Assembly: GCA_965116495.1 (NCBI GenBank)
Contig: OZ220696.1
Coordinates: forward strand, 3,360,001-3,424,000
From: Gammaproteobacteria bacterium
Lineage (GTDB): Bacteria > Pseudomonadota > Gammaproteobacteria > Eutrophobiales > Eutrophobiaceae
Length of the DNA: 64,000 nucleotides
Reading direction: 5' to 3'
Made by a program: the position numbers and the translations under genes. Every line of letters starts with the position of its first letter. Position 1 is the first letter of the stretch. Shown here piece by piece: positions 28,826 through 38,500 of the stretch. The notes beneath the pieces were generated by a model that had not been told where the DNA came from, made no database searches, and saw only the letters and a program-made list of their open reading frames with translations.

Positions 28826-30754
28826 ATGAGCAAAATTATCGGTATAGACCTGGGCACGACCAATTCCTGTGTTGCAGTATTGGAAGGCAGTCAGGCCAGG
28901 GTTATTGAAAACAGCGAAGGCGGCCGAACCACACCGTCCATTGTCGCGTTTTCCGACGACGACGAAGTCCTCGTGGGGCAGTCGGCCAAGCGCCAGGCGG
29001 TTACCAACCCCGACAAGACATTATTTGCGGTCAAACGGTTAATCGGCCGGCGTTTTGAGGACAAGGTAGTACAAAAAGATATCAATATGGTCCCGTATAA
29101 AATCGTAAAAGCGGACAACGGTGATGCCTGGGTGGACATAAAGGGCAAAAAGATGGCGCCCCCGGAGATCTCGGCGCGGGTCCTGATGAAAATGAGACAA
29201 ACAGCCGAGGATTACCTGGGAGAACAGGTCACCGAGGCGGTGATTACCGTTCCGGCCTATTTCAATGATTCACAACGCCAGGCAACCAAGGACGCAGGCA
29301 AGATTGCGGGTCTTGAGGTGCGGCGCATTATCAATGAACCAACGGCCGCGGCCCTGGCCTACGGCATGGACAAGAAACAGGGAGACTCCAGGATAGCCGT
29401 ATATGACCTGGGCGGCGGTACCTTTGACGTGTCCATCATTGAAATCGCCGAAGTGGACGGCGAACACCAGTTTGAGGTGTTGTCCACCAATGGTGACACC
29501 TTTTTGGGCGGAGAGGATTTTGACCTGCGTATCATTGATTTTCTCTGCGATGAATTTAAGAAGGACCAGGGCATCGACTTGCATAACGACCCGCTGGCGC
29601 TGCAACGCCTGAAGGAGGCCGCGGAAAAGGCAAAGATAGAGTTGTCGTCCAGCCAGCAGACCGATATAAACCTGCCTTATATTACCGCGGACGCCGGCGG
29701 CCCGAAGCATCTCAATATAAAGCTGAGTCGTTCCAAGCTCGAGACGCTTGTGGAAGACCTGGTTGATCGCACCATCAAACCGTGCCGTGTGGCCCTGGAA
29801 GATGCCGGACATTCTGCGTCGGATATCACCGACGTCATCCTGGTGGGCGGGCAGACCCGCATGCCCAAGGTGCAGGAGAAGGTCAAGGATTTCTTCAGCA
29901 GGGAACCGCGCAAGGACGTCAACCCCGATGAGGCCGTCGCGGTCGGCGCGGCGATCCAGGCCGGCGTACTGGGCGGTGACGTCAAGGATGTGCTGCTGCT
30001 TGACGTAACGCCCCTGTCACTGGGTATCGAGACCCTGGGCGGGGTGATGACCAAACTTATCGATAAAAATACGACTATCCCGACCAAGGCGCAGCAGGTG
30101 TTTTCCACTGCCGACGATAACCAAACCGCGGTGACGGTGCACGTCATGCAGGGAGAGCGTGAAATGGTCGCGGGGAATAAATCGTTGGGCCGGTTCGACC
30201 TGACGGATATTCCCCCTGCGCCCCGCGGCATACCCCAGATTGAGGTGGCATTTGATATTGACGCCAACGGAATCCTGAACGTATCGGCAAAAGACAAGGC
30301 AACCGGCAAGGAACAGTCCATCGTCATCAAGGCTTCCAGTGGTCTGTCGGACGAAGAAATAGAAAAAATGGTGAAGGACGCGGAGGCTCATGCCGAAGAA
30401 GACCGGCAGGCAAAGGAACTGGTCGAGGCCCGTAACCTGGCGGAAAATCTGATGTATTCAACGAAGAAATCCATTGACGAACTGGGCGACAAGGTTGAAG
30501 AACAGGAGAAACAGGATATCGAGGCTGCCATTGCCGACCTGGAAGAGGCCCTGAAAGGGAATGACAAGGACGCCCTAGAGGAAAAAACCCGGAAACTGAC
30601 TGAAGTAGCGGGTAAACTGGCGGAGAAGGCGTACCAGCAGGCTGCTGCTGCCGACACCGACGGCGAAGATAAGCCCGCAGGCGCGGACAACGGCGCCGGC
30701 GATGAGAACGTTGTTGATGCTGAATTCGAGGAAGTGGATGACAATAAGAAGTAG
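28826..30754 (+). CDS. dnaK: chaperone DnaK
   Basis: [17 protein letters not shown] and DLGGGTFD motifs. Confidence 0.99.
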   Translation: MSKIIGIDLGTTNSCVAVLEGSQARVIENSEGGRTTPSIVAFSDDDEVLVGQSAKRQAVTNPDKTLFAVKRLIGRRFEDKVVQKDINMVPYKIVKADNGDAWVDIKGKKMAPPEISARVLMKMRQTAEDYLGEQVTEAVITVPAYFNDSQRQATKDAGKIAGLEVRRIINEPTAAALAYGMDKKQGDSRIAVYDLGGGTFDVSIIEIAEVDGEHQFEVLSTNGDTFLGGEDFDLRIIDFLCDEFKKDQGIDLHNDPLALQRLKEAAEKAKIELSSSQQTDINLPYITADAGGPKHLNIKLSRSKLETLVEDLVDRTIKPCRVALEDAGHSASDITDVILVGGQTRMPKVQEKVKDFFSREPRKDVNPDEAVAVGAAIQAGVLGGDVKDVLLLDVTPLSLGIETLGGVMTKLIDKNTTIPTKAQQVFSTADDNQTAVTVHVMQGEREMVAGNKSLGRFDLTDIPPAPRGIPQIEVAFDIDANGILNVSAKDKATGKEQSIVIKASSGLSDEEIEKMVKDAEAHAEEDRQAKELVEARNLAENLMYSTKKSIDELGDKVEEQEKQDIEAAIADLEEALKGNDKDALEEKTRKLTEVAGKLAEKAYQQAAAADTDGEDKPAGADNGAGDENVVDAEFEEVDDNKK

Positions 30755-30783
30755 CCCGGATTTCTCACCTGGTAATGCGGGTT

Positions 30784-31914
30784 ATGACTGAGAAACGAGA
30801 CTATTATGACGTTCTTGGCGTATCAAAAAATGCGTCCGATGGCGATATAAAAAAGGCATTCCGCCGTCTGGCAATGAAGTTCCATCCGGACCGCAATCCG
30901 GACAGCAAAGAGGCGGAAGAAAAATTCAAGGAAGCAAAGGAAGCCCACGATATCCTGAGCGACCAGCAGAAGCGGGCGGCATATGACCAGTTCGGCCATG
31001 CCGGCGTCAGCACCTCTGCCGGTGGGCCGGATGCCCAGGGATTCAGCGGGTTCGGCGATATATTCGACAACGTTTTCGGCGATATTTTCGGCGCGCAGGG
31101 GCGCGGCGGCCAGCGCGGGCAGACTGGGGCGAACCTGCGTTACGACCTGGAAATGAACCTTGAGGATGCCATTGCGGGCACGACAATCAAGATACGGGTG
31201 CCCCGGCTGGTAACCTGCAGCGGCTGCTCTGGCAGCGGCGCCAGGCAGGGATCGAGCCCGGTCCAGTGTCCTACCTGCAACGGCGCCGGCCAGGTCCGCA
31301 TGCAACAAGGGTTTTTCTCGGTGCAGCAGACCTGTCCGAAGTGCCGCGGCCAGGGAAAAATCATCAATGACCCGTGTCATACATGCCGTGGACATGGGCG
31401 GGTGCGGGATAGCAAGACCATCTCCGTGAAAGTCCCACCCGGTGTTGATACTGGCGACCGGATCCGCCTGTCAGGCGAAGGGGAGGCGGGTGAGTTCGGC
31501 GCGCCTGCCGGTGACCTGTACGTGCATGTCATTGTCAGGGAGCATGATATCTTTACCCGTGAAGGTTCCGATCTCTTCTGTGAAATTCCGATCAGTTTTG
31601 CCGCAGCAGCCCTGGGCCGGGATATAGAAATTCCGACACTGGACGGCAGGGTCAAAATCAAGGTCCCGGCGGAAACCCAGAGCGGCAGATTATTTCGCCT
31701 GCGCGGCAAAGGCGTGCGCTCCGTCAGGTCATCGGCAAGAGGCGATCTGCTGTGCCGTGTGGCGGTCGAGACCCCGGTGAATTTAAGCAGGAAACAAAAA
31801 GACGTATTGGAACAATTTGAAGAATCGATGCTGGAAGATGACAAGCGCCACCGCCCCAGGGCCAGCGGTTGGTTCGACAGTGTCAAAAAATTCTTTGATA
31901 GTGCCAGCCAGTAA
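30784..31914 (+). CDS. dnaJ: chaperone DnaJ
   Basis: J domain HPD; four CxxCxGxG zinc motifs. Confidence 0.98.
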   Translation: MTEKRDYYDVLGVSKNASDGDIKKAFRRLAMKFHPDRNPDSKEAEEKFKEAKEAHDILSDQQKRAAYDQFGHAGVSTSAGGPDAQGFSGFGDIFDNVFGDIFGAQGRGGQRGQTGANLRYDLEMNLEDAIAGTTIKIRVPRLVTCSGCSGSGARQGSSPVQCPTCNGAGQVRMQQGFFSVQQTCPKCRGQGKIINDPCHTCRGHGRVRDSKTISVKVPPGVDTGDRIRLSGEGEAGEFGAPAGDLYVHVIVREHDIFTREGSDLFCEIPISFAAAALGRDIEIPTLDGRVKIKVPAETQSGRLFRLRGKGVRSVRSSARGDLLCRVAVETPVNLSRKQKDVLEQFEESMLEDDKRHRPRASGWFDSVKKFFDSASQ

Positions 31915-31941
31915 TAATACGGCTCTCCATTCGGCTAAAGT

Positions 31942-32097
31942 TTATCCCGGCGACAGCCGGGACAGGAATCCAGTAGTATAACCGTCTCGCATGGATCGTC
32001 ATTCCGGCGAACGCCCGAAGCCAGTACAATAACCGCCTCGAACCAACTGTCATTCCTGCGAAAGCAGGAATCCAGTACAATAACCGTCTCGAACAGA
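31942..32097 (+). repeat. three-unit tandem array, approx. 51-bp period, of REP hairpin plus conserved tail
   Basis: GTCATTCC starts at 31998 and 32049; tail CCAGTACAATAACCGTCTCG present in all three units with few changes. Confidence 0.8.
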
Positions 32098-32112
32098 CAC
32101 ATTATTTCACTC

Positions 32113-32916
32113 ATGATCAAAGCAGCAATATGCGGCGCCGCGGGGCGCATGGGAAAAACCATCCTGGAAGTTATCGGCGAGGCCGACGGCATCGCGGCCG
32201 GTGCAGCAATAGAACAAAGCAGTTCACCGGCGCTGGGCCTTGATGCAGGCGCACAAGCTGGCATCGGCACGCTGGGTGTCAGCGTAACCGATGATCTCGA
32301 AGCCATCATGGACGACTTCGACGTATTGATAGACTTCACCCGGGCCGACGCCGTGCTGGAAAACCTGGAACGCTGCCGCGCCGGTGGCAAAAAAGTAGTC
32401 ATAGGCACCACCGGCCTGTCCGCCGACCAACAGCAGACACTACGGGCCGCGAGCGAGGAGATCGCCATCGTGTTTGCCCCCAACATGAGCGTAGGTGTCA
32501 ACCTGTGTTTCAAACTGGCGGAACTGGCTGCACAAGTAGTCGGCAACAGCACTGATATCGAAATCATCGAAGCACACCACAACCGCAAGATCGATGCTCC
32601 CTCAGGCACCGCGGTACGCCTGGGCGAAATCGTGGCCGAAACCCTGGGCCGTGACCTGGAAGAATGTGCAGTATACGGCCGCCAGGGCGTGACCGGCCCG
32701 CGCGCGCGCAAGACCATCGGCTTCGAAACCATCCGCGCCGGCGACATCGTCGGCGAACACACCCTCATGTTCGCCGGCGCCGGCGAGCGAGTGGAAATCA
32801 GACACGTCGCCACCAGCCGCAAAACCTTCGCCACCGGCGCAGTACGCGCCGCGCAGTGGATCATGGACAAGGAAACCGGGTTGTATAGCATGCAGGACGT
32901 GCTGGGGTTGAGTTGA
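32113..32916 (+). CDS. dapB: 4-hydroxy-tetrahydrodipicolinate reductase
   Basis: GAAGRMG, GTTG and [15 protein letters not shown] motifs. Confidence 0.97.
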   Translation: MIKAAICGAAGRMGKTILEVIGEADGIAAGAAIEQSSSPALGLDAGAQAGIGTLGVSVTDDLEAIMDDFDVLIDFTRADAVLENLERCRAGGKKVVIGTTGLSADQQQTLRAASEEIAIVFAPNMSVGVNLCFKLAELAAQVVGNSTDIEIIEAHHNRKIDAPSGTAVRLGEIVAETLGRDLEECAVYGRQGVTGPRARKTIGFETIRAGDIVGEHTLMFAGAGERVEIRHVATSRKTFATGAVRAAQWIMDKETGLYSMQDVLGLS

Positions 32917-32918
32917 TC

Positions 32919-33398
32919 ATGCCGGCGGAAGCTCTATTTGAATCAGGCAAGCAGGTGATTCTTCCGGAATGGATCGATTACAACGGCCACTTGAACGTGT
33001 CCTATTACGTCCTGGTGTTTGACCGTGCCACGGATAAATTTTTCGATTTCATGGGCCTGACTGCTGATTTCAGGACTGCCGGCGACGTATCAGCTTTCGT
33101 TGTGGAAATGCACATCAACTACATCCGGGAGGTGAAGGAAGGCGACGAAGTATACGTTACCACCCAGTTATTGGATTACGATGCAAAACGCTTCCATTAT
33201 TTCCACCGCATGTACCACGCCGAACAGAACTATCTCGCCGCAACCAGTGAAATGTTGTGCCTGTACATGGACATGAACCAGCGACGTGTCACGCAAATGC
33301 CGACCCCCATCCAGAACCGTCTCGCCGTAATCAAGCAAAGCCACGCCAAATTGCCGTTGCCCGAACAGGTCGGCAGGGTGATAAAGGTGAAGCGGTAG
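32919..33398 (+). CDS. 4HBT-like hotdog thioesterase
   Basis: PEWIDYNGHLNVSYY motif. Confidence 0.85.
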   Translation: MPAEALFESGKQVILPEWIDYNGHLNVSYYVLVFDRATDKFFDFMGLTADFRTAGDVSAFVVEMHINYIREVKEGDEVYVTTQLLDYDAKRFHYFHRMYHAEQNYLAATSEMLCLYMDMNQRRVTQMPTPIQNRLAVIKQSHAKLPLPEQVGRVIKVKR

Positions 33399-33421
33399 AG
33401 CGTTCTAACCCTAAAATACAA

Positions 33422-33835
33422 CTAACATCCCATAGCCCTTGCATGACCGGATAATGCGTAATTCAGGATTTGCCGGTCCCGCGTGACCAGGGAATAATCA
33501 TACTCCCGAGCAGTTGCAATCAGAATCCTATCAGCCGGGTCGGCTGGTGGCTCTCCCGGGAGAGTTGCTGAAGCAATGAGAACGGATGGTGACAGGTCCG
33601 TCAGGGTTACTCCCGGTAAACCGCATAACCTCCTGAACCAGACTTCCGGCCTGAGTGTCAACAGGATTCTCTTCTTTGCTGAAAGTGTTGCTATTTCCCA
33701 TGCTGTAATGGGAGAAACAACAAGCTGCTCGTTACGCTCCAGCGCCCGGGGTAATTCTGTCGCGGCCGGGTCTTGCAACGGAGCACCCTCCATCAGCCAG
33801 ATAGCCGCACAGGTATCAAGCAGGTGATCCGACAT
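33422..33835 (-). CDS. vapC: PIN-domain (VapC) toxin
   Basis: LLDTC, SPITAWE, DPADRILIATA and LVTRD acidic PIN motifs. Confidence 0.9.
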   Translation of the reverse strand: MSDHLLDTCAAIWLMEGAPLQDPAATELPRALERNEQLVVSPITAWEIATLSAKKRILLTLRPEVWFRRLCGLPGVTLTDLSPSVLIASATLPGEPPADPADRILIATAREYDYSLVTRDRQILNYALSGHARAMGC

Positions 33836-33847
33836 TTCCGGCTATTA

Positions 33848-34249
33848 CTATAGCTGTGCGTTCCATTTCTCTCCAGTCGGCTCAGTCAGGTCAACACCTG
33901 GCGCAATCGTAACTGTACCCTTGAGCGCGCCGAATATACGAGAAAATATACTTGCATTCTCATCCTTTTCAGCCCGCCTGGCATCGCTCATCACAAGTTC
34001 ATTCGTGAACGCTTTTCTGAAGACAAGTTTACGCCCTGCCATATCCACGTCCGACGTTTTATATCCTGCACTGAGCCATGCGTCAGCATTGACATGGTTT
34101 GAAGAATTGTTAGACCACCAGGGACGGTATTGATAAGCCGAGCGCGGCAAGTTATTTCCGATCACTTCTTCAACTTCTGTAAATGTCATCGGTATATATT
34201 CCATGCCGGCAGAAGACAGGTAATCGGTTAAAGGTGCATATTTTGACAT
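33848..34249 (-). CDS. putative antitoxin: DUF7662-like N-terminal domain plus VapC-binding-type tail
   Basis: MSKYAPL..FTEVEEVIG..LP.SA..WWSN..AW..AG domain; C-terminus IFGALKGTVTIAPGVDLTEPTGEKW; 12 bp upstream of vapC. Confidence 0.7.
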   Translation of the reverse strand: MSKYAPLTDYLSSAGMEYIPMTFTEVEEVIGNNLPRSAYQYRPWWSNNSSNHVNADAWLSAGYKTSDVDMAGRKLVFRKAFTNELVMSDARRAEKDENASIFSRIFGALKGTVTIAPGVDLTEPTGEKWNAQL

Positions 34250-34262
34250 GGCTCAAACTCCT

Positions 34263-34314
34263 AATAGTTAGTACATGTAATACACATACTATAAAAATAG
34301 TTAGTACATGTCAA
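34263..34314 (-). promoter_or_regulatory. sigma70 promoter with two 16-bp direct-repeat operators
   Basis: Minus strand TTGACA-17-TAGTAT (34314-34286); AATAGTTAGTACATGT at 34263-34278 and 34296-34311. Confidence 0.8.
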
Positions 34315-34466
34315 TGGGTTTTTTTATCCAAAATATGTTTCCAGCTATCAGGTTTATCATAAGGGCGCAAATTAGAGGCGCCCGCGCAGCATCCATGAAA
34401 GATATTAGCGATGTTCCTATAACTTGGTGCTTGCTTCCTTTGCTATAAGCTTAAATTTTACGGTAT

Positions 34467-34805
34467 ATGAGGTTGTCTGGATTATGTCCCGGACTATCTA
34501 TTTGTTTACAACACCTCCAGATTGATGCCAACAGGGGAGACGCACAGGTCACCTGGGGTGGTGGGAGTCAGAGCATTACGCTGACCAGCATTGAGCACCT
34601 TATCGGCAGCAGCTATAACGACATACTGGCCGGGGACGTGATCGACTTGAGCGGATTTTCCGGCATCAGTTCCACGAACGATCTTGATATTGACAGTTTC
34701 GGGAAGAATGTGCGCATAGAGTTGTCAGGCACTGATTATCTGACCACCATCATCCTGACGGATTTCAACAGCGCCAACCTGGATAATTCTGACTTCATGT
34801 TTTAG
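34467..34805 (+). pseudogene. remnant of an RTX/T1SS-secreted Ca-binding protein
   Basis: SIEHLIGSSYNDILAG joined directly to DVIDLSGF...DFMF, a typical RTX C-terminus; no nonapeptide array. Confidence 0.6.
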
Positions 34806-34878
34806 TCAGTTCCGGGGTGAGGTTGACATTTCAATGTTTACAAAGGGGTATAAAGATGGAAGGGTTAGCATTTCTTTT

Positions 34879-34899
34879 TGTTATAATCTACGTTATAAC
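34879..34899 (+). promoter_or_regulatory. extended -10 promoter and tandem GTTATAA(T/C) operator of abrB-doc
   Basis: TGTTATAAT at 34879-34887; palindrome GTTATAAC at 34892-34899. Confidence 0.6.
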
Positions 34900-34919
34900 T
34901 CAAACCCGAGGTTTTACCT

Positions 34920-35141
34920 ATGCGCCTGAAAGTCACCACAGTCGGGAACTCAACCGGCATTGTTCTACCCAAAGACCTGCTGGCAAAACTGCGAGTCGGT
35001 AAAGGCGATCCGCTTTACGCGGTCGAATTACCTGACGGCATCAAACTTACGCCATACGATGAAGGATTCGAACGCCACATGGAGGTTGCAGAAGATATCA
35101 TGCGCAAGCGCCGCAATCTTCTGCGCGAACTGGCTAAATGA
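34920..35141 (+). CDS. AbrB/MazE-family antitoxin
   Basis: LKVTTVGNSTGIVLPK swapped-hairpin motif; ends LRELAK. Confidence 0.9.
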   Translation: MRLKVTTVGNSTGIVLPKDLLAKLRVGKGDPLYAVELPDGIKLTPYDEGFERHMEVAEDIMRKRRNLLRELAK

Positions 35142-35536
35142 ATCAAGAACCGGTCGGGATAACTGAAGAGCTTACCATTGCCGTACATGCAAGACAGATT
35201 TCCGAGCACGGTGGTGGCAGCGGTATAAGGGATAAGTCACTTCTGCAATCCGCCCTTGCCAGGCCCCAACAACTTTACGCGTATGGTGACCCCTTCCCTG
35301 ATACGGCATCTCTGGCTGCGTCGCTGGCTTATGGAGTCGCGAAGAATCATCCTTTCGTCGATGGCAATAAACGCACGGCTGCAGTTCTGTGCGAGCTTTT
35401 TATTGTGGTTAACGGCAGCAATCTTGCGGCAAGTGACGAGGAGATGTTAGGTATTTTTCTTTCCCTTGCCGAAGGCAGCATGAGTGAGAGTGAATTGGCC
35501 GGTTGGATCAGATCAAACCTGGCGCCGGCTTGCTGA
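35138..35536 (+). CDS. doc: Doc (Fic-fold) toxin
   Basis: HPFVDGNKRTA motif; 4-bp overlap with the antitoxin gene. Confidence 0.92.
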   Translation: MNQEPVGITEELTIAVHARQISEHGGGSGIRDKSLLQSALARPQQLYAYGDPFPDTASLAASLAYGVAKNHPFVDGNKRTAAVLCELFIVVNGSNLAASDEEMLGIFLSLAEGSMSESELAGWIRSNLAPAC

Positions 35537-38500
35537 TGTAACCGGTTGGGTTACGGCGGCGGGTGAGCAGGTTTTCGGTTTCCCAGTGGGTGGTGGGGTC
35601 TGTATCGGAGAGGAATGTGGTGACGCCGTTCAGTTGTTTGGCAACCGGCAGGCCGTTCTTGAACAGGATCCGGTTGGTATGCAGCGCCGGGACGCGTTCG
35701 CCGGGTAGCAGGATGCCGACCAGGTTCAGTGGGTCGGTGGCGGAGATGACCACGGGGGGCAGGTCCCCGGCTTCCTTTTTCTGTTTCCGCAGCAGCGCCA
35801 GCGCTTCCGGCCGGGCGAATTGTTCGCCTGAGCAGCCTTCCACGAAGTAGCCGCCGCGGATCTCGCCGCGTGCTTCCATGCGCCGGCACACGTAGAGCAG
35901 TTCCCGCCACGGGGGCAGGTCGGATTCCCGTTCCAGCACTTTGCGAAACAGGACGCCGTAGCGTTTGAGCAGGGTATCGACTACCGCGTTGAGTGTGGTT
36001 TCGTCTGTGCTTGGCCAGGCATTTGTGGCCGGCGGTTCGGTGTCCATCGGCTCGATTGCCGACCAGCGACCGGCGGCGTCCACGCTGTTCATGACGGACG
36101 TCCTCCTGCGCCGGCGCTGCCCCTGCCCATAGCCGGGCCGTCTGTTTGCCGGCGTAATCAGCGCCCGCAATCCTGCGTAACTGTCGGAAGTGACCGCGCC
36201 GCAGGCGGCCAGCTCTGCCAGGGCAGTCTCTACCTGGGTGCGTAACAGACCGGTGTTACGCACCAGATCGGTAAAAAACGACGCGCCCTGGTGGTGCAGG
36301 ATGTCCAGGATCTTCCCAGCACCGGGCGACAGCTTCCGTTCCCCCGTCTCCCCGGAGGTTTGCAGTGTTTGCCAAAGCGCCAGGTTTTCCCGGGCCAGCA
36401 ATGCGATAGGTGTGTTTCTGAGCAATACTGCCTTGCTGGCGGGGGCCTCATCCCCTCTGGACTTGTGTCTGTTGCCGGGCAAACGGGTCCACACGATGCG
36501 GCCGCTGCTGCACAGCCAGTCCAGGGACGCACTGGAGTAGTCGCTCAAGCGGGCCGGCAGGATGTCTTGCTCCCACGCGGCCGCGGGAATGGGGAATCCC
36601 TCCAGTTTTTCCAGCACCGCCGGTAGCGCGCCGGCTCCCTCGGGCCGGATGTCACCCATGCCGTGCCAGTCAAACAGGAAGCGCATGTAGTCGGCGACTG
36701 TCACCGGCTGGATTTCCTGCCGTAAGGATTGAATGGTGTAGCGGTGCATGCGCGCGAGCAGGCCGCGTTCACACCATTCCGTTTCAGTTGCATCCGGGCT
36801 GAACTGCCCTTGCATGGCATAGCCCTCGTTCTGTAACGCCAGCAGCGCGACACTGATCTCCGTGGCGCCGGCTTCAAATAACTCGGCCAACATTGCCTCC
36901 GTTACGGGGCCGTAGCATTCGAGCCGGGCGCGGATGAGTTCGATGAGGGCGGTGTCTTTGGTCCAGTTCGCTGTATAAGGGGCCACCGCAGCTTGCCCCA
37001 GCATGTCGTTAGCCGGGGGTGGCGTGTTATCTGACTGGATTCCCGCATGCGCGGGAATGACGGTGGGGGGTGCGGGAATGACGGTGGGGGGTGCGGGAAG
37101 GACGTGAGTAGCGGCATTTGTGTATACGGCTTCAACCTGGGGCAGGCGTTCGGCGCAGGTCCACAGGGTCTGCTTTTCCTTGTGCAGGACAGTTGCGCGC
37201 CCATCCTCCGCAAGCCCTGTCAGCCAGGCGCGGCCGTCCGTCGCCGCCGGATTGGCGCCGCAACCTTCCCGTTCGGTCATGACGCCGGTGAGCATCAGTG
37301 CATCGTGCAGTTCGTCGGCATTGGTAACGGCAGGCCAGGCCTCACTACGCACCCGCTCGATGGCAGTGGGACTCAACCGGGCCAACTGCGCGGCGTCGGC
37401 AGGGTCCAGGAAGCGTCTGGCAATGACTGCATTGGTGCGGCGTTCTTCCGCGGGAGCGTCATCCAGGAACGCATAAGGGCGCGCGTTCAGAATCTCCTGT
37501 GCCAGGGGAGAGGGGCCACCCAGGTCGCGGCAATGGAAGTGAATACGCCCCGCTTCGAAGTCACGCAATACCTGCTCCAGCCCGGCAATGTCCATCAGCT
37601 CATGCAGGCAATCGTTGACTGTCTGCTCCACCAGCGGATGCTGTGGTATCTCCCTTTCCCCGGTGAGGTTATCCTGGCAGGCAAGCTGGTCGGGGAAGAC
37701 CACTGCCATCAGGTCTTCCGCGTCGCTGCGCTGGAACTGTGCAGGCACTTTCTGCCCGCCGTTAGTGCGCCTGACGGCCAGGGCGGTGCTGGCGTTCCAG
37801 CGCCAATGAGTGGGAAACATGGGCGTGGCCAGCAGCGCCTGGGTCACCGCGTCCCGGACGTTGGCAGAGTGCAGGTAGCGGGTAACGTCCTCCAGGGGAA
37901 AACTGTGGATCGCGCCCAGGGAGATGACGATGCTGTCATCCAGGGCCGCGGCCTGCAATTCAAAATTGAACTGGCGGCAGAAGCGTTTGCGCAGGCCCAG
38001 GCCCCAGGCGCGGTTGACGCGGGAACCGTAGGGGCTGTGCACGACCAGGTGCTGGTCGCCGGCCTCGTCAAAAAAGCGTTCAAACACGATATCCTGCCGG
38101 GTCGGGAGGCGCCCCAGGGCGGCGCGGGCGCCGGCCAGGTGGTCGGTCAACTGGCGCGCAGCCGACTCGCCAAACTGCAACTTGTCAACCAGCCAACGGC
38201 AGGCGGCATCCGTGCCGCGGGCCAGCTTTGCATCCATGAGGCCGCGCAGTTGTGAGACCGAGTGGCTGAGTTCATCCGAACGTCCCGGCGCTTCACCGAA
38301 CCAGAACGGAATATTGGGAGGCTGGCCCTGGGCGTCCGCGACCCGTACCTTGCTCTGTTCCACCTTGAGGATACGATACGAGGTATTGCCCAGTTGGAAG
38401 ATATCGCCGGGCAGGCTTTCAAAGGCGAAGTCTTCGTTCAGGGTCCCGACAAAATGCCCTTCCGGTTCCAGCACCACGTCATAATCGAACTGGTCCGGTA

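Noticed and set aside
31942-32097. CRISPR array
   Set aside because: Only three units; the would-be spacers are REP hairpins similar to each other; no cas genes in the window
31935-32891. 318-aa minus-strand ORF
   Set aside because: Antisense shadow of dapB extending into the repeat array; no recognisable motifs
37047-38255. 402-aa plus-strand ORF starting with GNDGGGC repeats
   Set aside because: Antisense to lhr; the repeat peptide is the other-strand reading of the in-frame REP insertion
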